From: Macrostomum lignano
Lineage: Eukaryota
Direction of reading: 5' to 3'
Length of the DNA: 64,000 nt
NCBI GenBank assembly: GCA_002269645.1
Contig: NIVC01000102.1
Span: 639,950-703,949, forward strand
The first letter of the stretch is position 1. Every line of letters begins with the position of its first letter. The translations under genes and the position numbers were made by a program. The notes beneath the pieces were generated by a model. That model was not told the origin of the DNA. It was given only the letters and a program-made list of their open reading frames with translations, and did not search any database. Below, piece by piece: positions 32,197-44,690 of this stretch.

Positions 32197-35100
32197 ATGT
32201 CGCTAAAAGCATCCGAACTAAATGAGCGCGCCGAAAAATCTGAAGACGAATCCGAGGCCAATTTAACGGGCGAGGAAGCCAGCGACTCATCAGTCCAGTC
32301 CGACAGAGAGGCCGATGACTCAGAAGACGATGAAGACAAAGAGATCGAGGACTACTGGAAGGACGATTCGGATCTCATTGAGCAGACAGACAATCAAGCT
32401 ACCAGCGAGCAGCAACCAGCCGAGTTAGTACTCGGCGCTGACGCAGAGCAGCCCGCCTTGCCGCTGTCGCAGCGGTTGCTTCGTCTGGCTCGCAGCTTTG
32501 AGTTCGAGACGGCTAACCGGCTGCTCACGGAGCTTGCCGGCTCCGGGACTTCAACCTTAACGCTGGAACGCGACCAACGCACTAGGCGAACTCTCATCCA
32601 CTACGCTGCTATGCACTCAAAAGGTCAAGAAACGCTTCAACTGCTGATTAATCTGGTCGGAATTGACAGTCTGACCGAGTCGGACAAGGCCAAGATGACG
32701 CCTTTGCACTTCGCCTCCCACTACCACTCGAGCAAGAGCTTGGCTCCGCTGTTAAGCCAGGTAAAGCGAAAAGTTCTCGAACAAAAGGACGCCAACGGAG
32801 ACACCTGCGCTCATTGGGCTGCCAGGAATCGCCGGAGCAAAGATGCCCTCCTCGCTTACTTAGAAGCGATTGGCCAGCAGTGCCTTGGCTGGCTGAATGC
32901 TAGAAGACGCACCGTGCTGAGCGAGGCGATGGCCACTTGCGACGCTGCAACCGCAGAGCGGCTGCTGGCGCAGGCCGGTTCCGAGTTGCTGGCTTTGAAA
33001 GACGAGGAAGGAAATTCTTGGGCCCACTATGCCGCCGACAATCGCGATGAAGCAGTAATCTTTGCTGCGATTGAAGCTGCTGGACCGGAGTGTCTGGGCT
33101 GGCAGAACTATCGCAAGCAGTCCGTCTTGCACCGGATCCTAGAGTCTTGCAGCGTCGAGGTCGGCAAGAAACTCGTGGCCCTGGCTGGCTCAGAAACGCT
33201 AAGCTTGCGCAATGAAATCGGTAGCACCTGTTTGCACATGATTGACAACAACAAAGAGGAGATACTTTCAGCCGCCTTGGACACTATTGGACCCGAGTGT
33301 TTGACCTGGCAGAACGCCAAGAAGCAATCGGTCCTGTACCACGCTGTGTTGACATGCAGCACCGAGCTCTGCAAGAAGCTGGTGCAAGAAGCAGATTCAG
33401 ACTGTTTGAGCTTACGCGATGAAGATGGCAACACCTGCTTGCACGAAGCCGTACGCAGCGACAGCAAGATCGAAATCGTCCTCAAAGCTGCTCAAACTGT
33501 CGGTTGGTGGTGTCTCGGCTGGCAAAATAACAAGAAACAGACTGTTCTGTACCTGGCCGTCAGTTCGTGCAGCGCCTCGGCTGCCAGTCACCTGCTGAAG
33601 ATGGCTCCGGCGGAGATTCTTCGAGTTGACGGTGATGGAAACACGCTGCTACATTCGCTGTTCCAGAGCGAGAAGCACCGACACAGCGACAATGAGATTC
33701 AGGAGTTCTTGTCCATGATGAATACGCTAGTTAAATCGGGTGTTCGCCTAGTCTGTGAGAACAATGTAGGTCAGAACTGCCTGCACAGTACAACAATGCT
33801 CGAAAGGTGCCTCGCACTCATCAATGATGAAAGCCGCAACTTTTGATACCTATAAGAAAATGTTCAAGCAATTGCTCAATAACTCCAGCGGCTTGCACGC
33901 CATTCACGCCTTTGCTGGTCGATATCGGCTGCGCGAGATTGTCAAGCCTCTGGCAAAGCTGTCGGAGCTGCAGGTGCCCGACCTGCTGCGCTAACAGTAA
34001 CCATGGACGCCAACAAGGGAGCCACGTGTCTGCATTTTGCCTGCGAAGCTGGCAACAAGGCGAATATTCGATACTTACTTCGGCAAGGTCTGTTGCTGCA
34101 GAACGTGACCCACAGCGGCATGTCCTGCATCGACTATGCCTATGAGAAAGGAAAACTCGACGAGGTGCTGGAGGTTGCCGAAGATTGTCAGAAAGGCCTG
34201 ACAATGACCGATCTATGGCGCCTAGTGGATCCTGCTCAAAGAGCACTGAAGCTTCCAGACAGATCGAATTCTCGTCAGCTGATTGCCTCAATCGCCCACG
34301 AATCGCTGAGAGTGGAAGGCCCAAGAGGGGATTCCCATAGCGTCTGCGACGACAAGCCAAGCAAACGACGAGGATCAGCTGTGAGTCTATCGGAGAAGCC
34401 GCCTGAAACTGCGGTTGCAGTGGCAAAAAAAGACGTCAGCCGCACAGACTGGGACGTATTGCTCAGAGCTATCGAACTGGACTCGTCACGTATCTTAAGA
34501 AGTGCCTTCAGCTTGAATCTGGTCACTTCAGACACGGAAAGGTGTCTGCCGATGTACTTAGCCCAGAAGCTAAATTCTGACACATATGACAGTAATCGCT
34601 ACTTCGACAAATCCGAAGAGTTTTTGAACCAAAAGCTCTTTAGCGTAGTCTCTGAGCTATTGGTGATTGACGTTGCCGCCTTCTTCGACAAGATGAACAT
34701 CTTGCCTGACTTGATTCTGACCCGCCAATTTGAACTAATTCCGGCTTGCATTAGTTTGCTGGTCTATCTCAAGCCGAAAATCGCCCAGAGACAGGGCAGG
34801 CTCGAGCAGCTAAAGGAGCTCCAGGGCAAGATTATCTGCATAGTGGTTAACGCTTTAGACGATCTATATATGTCAGCCAGCGAAGAGGAAAGGAACCTGT
34901 TGATTGACTACATCCGCGGCGACCTAAGAGACAATAACGGAGAAAATCCTGGACCTATGTTCCCGTGCAGGTGCGCTGACAATGCAGACAGATCCTCCTT
35001 CGAGTACATCACCCTGTTCGACATGGTGGAAGAGTCCGACTGCAGCGAGCTAATTGAAACTGACTGCATGCACAATGTCGCCCGGAAAGCCTGGCACCCG

Positions 35101-37099
35101 AGGCCGCAGTACACGGAGGCCAGCGGCAAGAAAAAACGCTTTACTGATCCGTTCACTCCCAAAGTGAAGTTCTACATTCACCACGTCGCTTTCGTCATCT
35201 TCTTGGCCTACGCAGCCTGGTACATTCTAGACTTCAAAATGACTTTCTACACCGTGATCCCGGACATCCTGCTATCTTTGTACGCAGCCTCCTACACTGT
35301 GCAGGAATTTGCAGATTTTTGGCGCCGCAGAGCCTTGAAAAACTTCTATGTCAATAAACGAATAATCAGATGCCCATCGTACTTCCAGGATGCGATTAAC
35401 TTATTTGATTGCTTCGCCATCCTGTTTCTATGGATCGGACTGTTCTGGAAGTGGATAATCTTCTACGTAGTCGAAGACAGTAACACAACTTATGCGTGCC
35501 AAATGATGCTAACTATATCTTTCACTCTGTGGGGATTTCGATCTGTCGCTTTCCTCAGCTATCATGAAAGAACTGGACCAGTCATCTCCATGCTGAGCAG
35601 TCTGCTAATTCTCGACCTCCTGCCATTTTTGGCAATTGTGATGATAATATTTTACGTCTTCGGTGTGCTGTTCTTCAATCTACTCTTCCCCGTGATCTTC
35701 TCCCCAGCCTCAGAGATGAATGGTAGCGGCTACGCTTGGAAGGTGATACTACAGGTTTTTACTCTGCCGTTTAACTTATTGTTCACTACCTTCGACACTA
35801 CTTCGTTGGAGCCGTCGTCTGCCACGGTCAACCAAACAATTGGCAAAGTGGCGCATCCTCAGGGATTAGCGTGGTTCAAAAACTTACTGTTATTTGTATT
35901 CCTTTTCCTGGTGAACATCGTCATGGTGAACCTGTTGATTGCGTTGTTCAGCCTTCGAGTCAGTCGAATGGACAGTCGGGCTCTGGGAATTTGGCGTAGG
36001 ACCTACTTTGAGATGCTGCGCGAGTACCAGACCCTTGGGCCCTTGCCACCGCCTGTGTCCTTCATCAGCGAGATTGTTCTTCCTATCATGCGGTTTGTTC
36101 GAGGCGCAAGAGTGCAACCTACCGATAAAAGTGTAAGTCTTGGGATTCAAAACTTCGTAGGAATAGTGCGAATTTGATGCATGCATATCATGTATGATCC
36201 GTTCCATATCTATCCATTCGATTACAAGATACCAAGAGGGATTTACTAAGATGCAAAGGCTCGAAGACGAGGCTGATATCTCAAGCTAGAAAGCTTAATA
36301 TCAGGCGTAATGCTTATATGTTTTTAACGTAAGCCGAAGAGACGGGCAACTTTTTCCACAGCCTATGACATTGGCCTTTGCACAGACGACTTTTCTAATT
36401 AAAAAATTTAACCACATGGCGTGAAGTAGTATAATCAAATCGAATGTCGACGTGTCTAAATTGAATTCAATTTTTGTTGAAACTAAACGGGAAATTAAAA
36501 AAAGAACTCAAAACGATTCCTAACCTCAAAAAACGTTTCAGGAATGGTGGCTTAACGAAAGCGACTACCCAGACGAGTACGTCAGCTTCTTGAGGTTCCA
36601 GGCCACTCGCTTCCGGCGTTGCCGGCCTCAGCTTAGCCGAGAGGTGACCCGCAATCGAAGCGACTTCGACGGATTGAAAGCGCACACTGGCAACCTGATG
36701 GACACGCTGCAGGAGCAACTCGACTCGAGGCTGGGTGCCATGGCTGACCGACAGGAAGAGACTTCTCAAAGGCTGACAGGGCGGCTAGACAAGGTTGAAG
36801 AGAGTCTGGCGCAGGGCGTGCAAGTTCGGGAGCAGCAGCAACAGGTGCCTGCCACTTCCGACAGGCTTTCTCAAAATTTGGTTCCGGAAGCTGTTATCGA
36901 CGATAAGCTTCGAGCTCTAGAAGCGAGACTGACTGCCGAGCTTCGAGCGGCGACATCAACGGTTGAGCCAGGGCCAGACGCCGGTCCCGATGACAGTCGC
37001 TACCGAAAGACTACCTCTCGGCTGAGACAGCAGCGACGCAAAATCAAAGAGTTGGACAGCAAGCTGGATTCGATTATTGAGCTGCTGAAACGGAACTAA
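32197..37099 (+). CDS. Ankyrin-repeat TRP channel (TRPM-like S1-S6 and TRP domain), copy 1; exons 32197-36132 and 36542-37099; two compensating 1-nt frameshifts at about 33841 and 33990
   Basis: Acidic N-terminus, many ANK repeats (GDTCAHWAA, GNTCLHEAV, GNTLLHSL, GATCLHFAC), six TM segments, VNIVMVNLLIALFS (S6), IWRRTYFEMLREY..LPPP, AGT|GTAAGT and TTTCAG|GAA phase-0 intron, C-terminal coiled coil. Confidence 0.85.
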
Positions 37100-37569
37100 A
37101 CTTTAAAACTACTGACTCAACAAACATGTGGGTTGATTAACTTTTAAGCCAAAAACTAAAAAGTTCCTCGTTTTAGAAGAGGCTGTTTGTTTTAATTTTA
37201 GAAATCTTCTGTCAAATCAATTTAATCACGAGTGTATTTCTGAACAAGCTCAAGAATTTGTTGTTTATACTGTAGCGCTGGCCACCAAAAGATTAAGATG
37301 ATTAATTAAGTTGAGCGAAAGGTTAAATCTCTTTCGAAAGGTTTCAATGTCTAACCTGTAGGTATTTTTTCCTTTTTACTTTTTTGTTTCAGTCTTTACT
37401 AACCTGTTGATGTAAAATCTAATTATTTAGCTGTCGTTAATTTCGTTTGAATGCTTTATATGGATATTTTGTAGCGTATTTTTTCACCGGATTATATTGG
37501 AGACAAATCTTGGTTGTTTTAGCAAATGAATATCTACTTATTCAAAATATTACTTCTTTGGGGCTACAT

Positions 37570-38408
37570 CCTGTCTCACCCCTTCTAGCTACCTGTCTCA
37601 CCCCTTCTATCTACCTGTCTCACCCCTTCTTTCTACCTGTCTCACCCCTTCTATCTACCTGTCTCACCCATTCTATCTACCTGTCTCACCCCTTCTATCT
37701 ATCTGTCTCAACCCTTCTATCTACCTGTCTCACCCATTCTATCCACCTGTCTCACCCCTTCTATCTACCTGTCTCACCCATTCTATCTACCTGTCTCACC
37801 CCTTCTATCTATCTGTCTCAACCCTTCTATCTACCTGTCTCACCCATTCTATCCACCTGTCTCACCCATTCTATCTACCTGTCTCACCCCTTCTATCTAC
37901 CTGTCTCACCCCTTCTATCTACCTGTCTCACCCCTTCTATCTATCTGTCTCACCCCTCCTATCTACCTGTCTCAACTCTTCTATCTACCTGTCTCACCCC
38001 TTCTATCTACCTGTCTCACCCCTTCTATCTACCTGTCTCACCCCTTCTATCTACCTGTCTCACTCATTCTATCTACCTGTCTCACCCCTTCTATCTATCT
38101 GTCTCCCCTCTATCTACCTGTCTCACCCATTCTATCTTCTATCTACCTGTCTCACCCCTTCTATCTATCTGTCTCACCCTTTCTATCTACCCGTCTCACC
38201 CCTTCTATCTACCTGTCTCAACTCTTCTATCTACCTGTCTCACCCCTTCTATCTATCTGTCTCACCCCTTCTATCTACCTGTCTCACCCCTTCTATCTAC
38301 CTGTCTCACTCACCCATTCTATCTACCTGTCTCACCCCTTCTATCTACCTGTCTCAACTCTTCTATCTACCTGTCTCACCCCTTCTATCTACCTGTCTCA
38401 CCCCTTCT
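37570..38408. repeat. 22-bp pyrimidine-rich minisatellite (CTATCTACCTGTCTCACCCCTT)
   Basis: About 38 copies; ORF 37447-38412 is a repeat artefact. Confidence 0.95.
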
Positions 38409-38900
38409 CTAACCTACTGGCTGCTAGAAAAATATGTATAGCCTGTAAACTTCTGTGGAAAACGTGGGCTTGTTAACCATGATGGAAGGTAATATCGTGC
38501 TGTTTTTAGCACTTTTAGCAACACTCGCATTAGTCTGAAGATAGCTGGGGTCATGTTTATGCTCACTCTCAAGCGCCAACAATTTTGGGTTCTGACTCAC
38601 CAGATATCTGAAGAAAACAAGAAAATCTAGCAGACTGCCTAAAGAGGCAGCGTGTTTATTGTTATTGCTTCGGCCTCAAGAGATAGGCGTCAGCCGTCAG
38701 GCACTTAGATTAAAAATAGTGGAGTTCAGATGGAAAAGCAACACTGCTGGAAGGAAAAAAGCAAAAATAGAATTGTGTTTACCTCGAGAATTGTACAGTT
38801 CATCTACAGACCAGTGGAAGAAGGAATTCTACAACAAAAAGCATCTCTCAAAAGCAGAGCAGCAGATATTGTTAGCGAATGAGATCAACTTTCTAACAAA

Positions 38901-41805
38901 ATGGACGCGTTGTCTCAGCGCAGATCAGCAGAACTGTTCCAGGCCTGCAAGTCAAAGAACTTCGCTTTGATTGACACGCAAAAGTTGAGCAAAGATTTCT
39001 CACAGTGGGCAGCCGTCACCGACACCAATGGAAGCACTCTGCTGCACGCCCTCTTCCAAGCTAATCAATCTTTGGATGACTTCGACTTAGAAAAGTTTGC
39101 AAGCACGGTTCACTGTCTACTCAAAGCTGGGGTTGATCCCGGTCAGGAGAACGGCTGTCTAAGGAACTGCCTGCTCGGCACCGAACTGGAGCAGAAGACA
39201 TTGAAGAGGATTCTTCACCGACTTTCCCAGTCTGACTTGAAACCGGCATTTGGCCCGCTCCAGACCAACTCACAGGGTCTTCATGCTGTTCATGTGTTCG
39301 TCTGTCGATACCAACTCGAGGATTTGCTGCCCGAGCTCAGTCAGCTATGCGACCTGAGCGTCAACGATTTGGTGAATCTTTGCGTGACTTCGGGTGACCT
39401 GTGCGGAGCCACCTGCCTTCACCTGGCGTGTCAAGCAGGGCAAGAGAAGAACATCAAGTTTCTGTTGGATCAGAGTCTGGACCTGACCGTTCAGACAGCT
39501 TCCGGACAAAATTGCGTCACTCTGGCGTGCTGCTCTGGAGAGCTGCAGGCACTGATAAATGCAGCAGCATCCGCTTCAATGGAACTCAGAGACCTACTAG
39601 TGTTAATTGACCCTCTAGAGAGTGGCCTGCCGCTTCCAGAGAAGTCAGTCTCTAAGCAGACTGTCTCTTTTCAATGGTCAGACCAGCTTGTCTCTTCCAG
39701 TTCAATGGTCAGATGGCTGGGAACCAGCTTGGACAGAAACAACGAAGTCAAACTCAAAAATGATGGGCAAAATTCCAGTTCGATCGCGCAACTATCGGCT
39801 CAAATGAGATGGCTTCTTCGAGCACTGGAACTGGACTCACCTGAAATTCTTCGCGATCTGATCGCTAGCGAGTTTGTCGCAGCAGACATGAGTCCAAGCG
39901 TGATTAGCAAGTTACAGGTTGCTTTGCTGACCAATGGTCGATCGTTGGAACATTTTCTCACAAATGAGACTATTCGACCCATTCTAATCGACAGCCAGAA
40001 CCCTTCTCTAATTGACTTTGCCATATTCTGTAGTAGAACCAATTTAGTGTCCGAACTATCAATGCTGCCACAATTCGACATCATTCCAAAGACGCTGTAC
40101 TTGCTGATTCAGCTGAGACTGAAAATTAAACTGCGACAAGGCAAGCTCAATCAGCTACTCGGAGCCAAGACTCAGGCTCTGAATGTGTTGGTCAACGTGC
40201 TCGAAGCACTGTACTCGAATGGGTCGGAGAATGAGCGACAGCTGCTCTTCGGCTACTTGACTGCGAGTTTCATCGACTCAAACGGCGTCAGAGGACCGAT
40301 GTTTCTCAATCCGCAGTGTCTCAACACCAGAGGTCGCAGACCGGCCGACAGCCAGTCTGAGTTCGTATCGGCCATGGAGCTGGTGGACATTGTCGATTCA
40401 GTCGAGCTTTTTGGCACCGAATGCATTAGCAAGCTGGTGTCCAAGTACTGGAAGCTGCCGCCACCGCTGCCTTGGAGACACGAGGCTGACGACGCCGACT
40501 TCAGCGACAAACCCCGTTGGCTGGGTGGCAATGAACTTTCGCCCTGCTGCTCGAAGCGTGGCTGCACCATTCAGGTAAAGTTCATCCTCGCATCGGTATA
40601 CTGTTTCCTGTTTCTCGGCTTCTTCGGATGGTACCTGATGGACTTTGGTCGAACTCTGAAGCACATGGAGGTGGACATAGTTATGGGTCTGTGCGCCGCG
40701 TCGCACACTCTGCAATGGTTCAATCAGCTTGCGACAATTCACGAGCTAAGGGAGGTGTTATTTACCACTAGCAGAAGAGTTTGTCGGAACTTTACTCACG
40801 GACTAGCTTACGTTGACCTGATAGCCCTACTGCTCATATGGACCGGCCTTGTACTCAAAATGCTGGGTCAGCACGGCCATAATGAGCAGGCTTTGTACGC
40901 CAGTCAAAGCGTAATGGGCGCCTCGTTTCTGTTCTGCGCCTTTCGCCTGGTGAGCCTCTACAACTACTTCAAAGTCACTGGGGCCAAGATCTCTATGTTT
41001 CTCAGCCTGCTCTACAAAGACTTTTGGCCGTTCTTTAACTTCGCTTTCGTCATCATTATCGCATTCGGGATATTTTTTACTACTCTGCTTTTCCCCATCA
41101 TGTCAAGCTCTGTGACCAGACAGCCCCGCGCCATTTTCAAGCACATATTCGTTGTTCCCATGCACCTGATGTTCGGCGACTTTGGCAAGGTTGATTTCGA
41201 CTCTTGCAATGAAACGCGACAGGCGGGCAATTTCGAGTGCGCCGCCAGCTCGGGATTCGTGGCGTTCAGCAAATATCTGGTGTTCCTATTCCTGATAGTT
41301 GTCAATATTGTGCTGGTGAACCTGCTGATTGCTCTGTTCAGCATGCGAGTGGCAGTGATGGATGTCAAGTGCATCGCCATATGGCGTCGGAATCGTTACA
41401 GGTGGGTTTTGTTCGGTTATTTTTCGTGCATCCTAAAGTATTTTGAATGTAACAATCGTATGTACTGTATGTACTTGTAAGAATAAAGTAAATGTTCTGG
41501 GGAGCAGGACAAATGGGGCAAAGTAGCCTACCAGCCGTTAATGTTTCTGAACTATAATCTGCAATATATTAAATTGCAGAATGCTTCTCGAATACTCGAC
41601 AGTGAGTCCTTTGCCAGCTCCGCTATCCAGTCTGCACTACATCGTAATGCTACTCAATCGGGCTCGCAGATGTACGGCTACCAAGGTTAACAGAGTAGCA
41701 ACTTTCGCGTCGGAAAAGGTGAACAATATTTGTACTTCAAATATATGATAAAAAATGCGTTCATGGACGACTAGAGTAGACAGACGTTGCTTCGCTAGGA
41801 AACTG

Positions 41806-41847
<42 letters not shown>

Positions 41848-41848
41848 A

Positions 41849-41940
<92 letters not shown>

Positions 41941-41959
41941 GCTGCTACTACTACTACTG

Positions 41960-42007
<48 letters not shown>

Positions 42008-42332
42008 ATTCTAATTGCAGAAACAACCCTGGTGGCAAAATCGGGAGTCATTCGCCGACTACCCCGAAGACTACAAGGCCTACCTGATTTACCAAGCCAC
42101 ACAGCTGCGTCAATGCCGGGCAAAGCTACGTCGCGGTGTGGAACGAAATCGAAGCGATGTCGACGTACTCGGAGCTTTCGTGGAAGGCGAGCTGGACAAG
42201 GCAACGGAGGAGCTGGCTAAGCAGGCGGAGTGTCGGCACCGAGAGGTGCAGTTTGAGCTGATCGAACATAGAGAGCAACTCAATCGGATTCTGGAATTTT
42301 TGACGAGAAACCGCTCGGCAAATGCGAAGTGA
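38901..42332 (+). CDS. Ankyrin-repeat TRP channel, copy 2 (short ANK array); exons 38901-41401, 41580-41685, 42021-42332
   Basis: Colinear with copy 1 (GSTLLHAL, GATCLHLAC, QGKLNQL, VKF..FL, VNIVLVNLLIALFS); spliced IWRRNRY|RMLLEYSTVSPLPAP; last exon DYPEDY.AYLIYQATQLRQCR matches copy 1 DYPDEYVSFLRFQATRFRRCR; GT-AG introns in frame. Confidence 0.88.
41803..42006. repeat. (CTA)n microsatellite in TRP copy 2 intron 2
   Basis: About 65 CTA units ending roughly 15 nt before the acceptor. Confidence 0.95.
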
Positions 42333-42559
42333 CTACACAAAATACTACAACATTGTAAAGAAGCATGATCTAAGCTTCAACTCGATATTGACTCACCGAT
42401 AGATATAAATTCAGCTTCGCGCGGCTTAAATTGTGTCCCACTTCATTCATCAAGATTTTGTGTACATGTATGACTTTTAATTAGCATGCTACCGTGTGCC
42501 TAACACATGCGTGAAAGAGTCTTGTATACATTCTAAAGGGGGCGTGTACTCGATTTTTT

Positions 42560-43078
42560 AGGGCTTTAGCACCAGGAGCCTTCGCACCAGGGCGCCAGCA
42601 CCAGGGGCTTTAGCACCAGGGGCTTTAGCACCAGGGGCTTTAGCACCAGAGGCTTTAGCACCAGGGGCTTTAGCACCAGGGGCTTTAGCACCAGGGGCTT
42701 TAGCACCAGAGGCTTTAGCACCAGGGGCTTTAGCACCAGGGGCTTTAGCACCAAGGGGCTTTAGCACCAAGGGGCTTTAGCACCAAGGGGCTTTAGCACC
42801 AAGGGGCTTTAGCACCAGGGGCTTTAGCACCAGGGGCTTTAGCACCAGGGGCTTTAGCACCAGGGGCTTTAGCACCAGGGGCTTTAGCACCAGGGGCTTT
42901 AGCACCAGGGGCTTTAGCACCAGGGGCTTTAGCACCAGGGGCTTTAGCACCAGGGGCTTTAGCACCAGGGGCTTAAGCACCAGAGGCTTTAGCACCAGAG
43001 GCTTTAGCACCAGGGGCTTTAGCACCAGGGGCTTTAGCACCAAGGGGCTTAAGCACCAGAGGCTTTAGCACCAGAGGC
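42560..43078. repeat. 15-bp minisatellite (TTAGCACCAGGGGCT)
   Basis: About 34 copies; LKPLV periodic ORFs. Confidence 0.95.
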
Positions 43079-43269
43079 GCGAGCAGGAGTCTGAGTATCA
43101 TAAATCTTGTCATAACTTTTCCTCGATAGTGTCCTCGAGTGCACCTCGTATACTCCGTATTGCACAGAATATGTACTTACATGTAATATATAAAATCCTA
43201 ATTGTAAATCTCATTAATGCATATTGTAAATACATTTAGAGTAAAAATATTGATTTTCATGGGTGAGAA

Positions 43270-44690
43270 GTCTAGGGTTTGTGAAGTGTAGGTTGGTTTT
43301 TGAAGTGTAGGTTTTTGGAAGTTCAATAAATATAGATTTAACAGTTTGTGAAGTTGAAGGTTTGGGAAGTGTAGGGATTGGGAAGTGTAGGGTTTGGGAA
43401 GTGTAGGGTTTGGTAAGTGTAGGGTTTGGGAAGTGTAGGGATTGGGAAGTGTAGGGTTTGGGAAGTGTAGGGTTTGGTAAGTGTAGGGTTTGGGAAGGGT
43501 GAGGGTTTGGGAAGGGTGAGGGTTTGGGAAGGGTGAGGGTTTGGTAAGTGTAGTGTTTGGGAATTTAAGGTTTGGGAAGTATGAGGTTTGGGAAGTGTAG
43601 GGTTTGGGAAGTGTAGCGTTTAGTAAGTGTATTGTTTTGGAATTTTAAGGTTTGGAAATTTTAGGGTTTGGGAAGTGTAGGGTTTGGGAATTTTAGGGTT
43701 TTGGGAAGTTTAGGGTTTGGGAAGTTTAGGGATTGGGAAGTGTAGGGATTGGGAAGTGTAGGGTTTGGGAATTTTAGGGTTTTGGGAAGTTTAGGGTTTG
43801 GGAAGTGTAGGGTTTGGGAAGTGTAGTGTTTGGTAAGTGTAGTGTTTGGGAATTTTAGGGTTTGGGAAGTGTAGGGTTTGGGAAGTGTAGGGATTGGGAA
43901 GTGTAGGGTTTGGGAATTTTAGGGTTTTGGGAAGTGTAGGGTTTGGGAAGTGTAGGGTTTGGGAAGTGTAGGGTTTGGGAAGTGTAGGGTTTGGGAAGTG
44001 TAGGGTTTGGGAAGTTTAGGGTTTGGGAAGTGTAGGGTTTGGGAAGTGTAGTGTTTGGTAAGTGTAGTGTTTGGGAATTTTAGGGTTTGGGAAGTGTAGG
44101 GTTTGGGAAGTGTAGGGTTTTTGGTAAGTGTAGGGTTTGGGAAGTGTAGGGTTTGGGAAGTGTAGGGATTGGGAAGTGTAGGGTTTGGGAAGTGTAGAGT
44201 TTGGGAAGTGTAGGGATTGGGAAGTATATAGGGTTTGGGAAGTGTAGGGTTTTTGGTAAGTGTAGGGTTTGGTAAGTGTAGGGATTGGGAAGTGTAGGGA
44301 TTGGGAAGTGTAGGGTTTGGGAAGTGTAGAGTTTGGGAAGTGTAGGGATTGGGAAGTATATAGGGTTTGGGAAGTGTAGGGTTTTTGGTAAGTGTAGGGT
44401 TTGGGAAGTGTAGGGTTTGGGAATTTAAGGTTTGGGAAGTATGAGGTTTGGGAAGTATAGGGTTTGGGAAGTGTAGGGTTTTTGGTAAGTGTAGGGTTTG
44501 GGAAGTGTAGGGTTTGGGAATTTAAGGTTTGGGAAGTATGAGGTTTGGGAAGTATAGGGTTTGGGAAGTGTAGGGTTTAGTAAGTGTAGTGTTTTGGAAT
44601 TTTAAGGTTTGGGAATTTTAGGGTTTGGGAAGTGTAGGGTTTTGGAAGTTCAAGTTTTAGGAATAGTAGTGATTGGGAAGTGTATCCTAA
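43270..44690 (+). repeat. 16-bp G-rich minisatellite (GGGTTTGGGAAGTGTA)
   Basis: About 85 degenerate copies, two GGG tracts per unit. Confidence 0.95.

Noticed and set aside
38659-38970. ORF as an N-terminal extension of TRP copy 2
   Set aside because: Different frame, no ankyrin motif, and an in-frame TGA lies just upstream of the 38901 ATG.
43270-44690. Interstitial telomere
   Set aside because: The unit is a 16-mer, not (TTAGGG)n; TTTAGGG occurs only as scattered variants.
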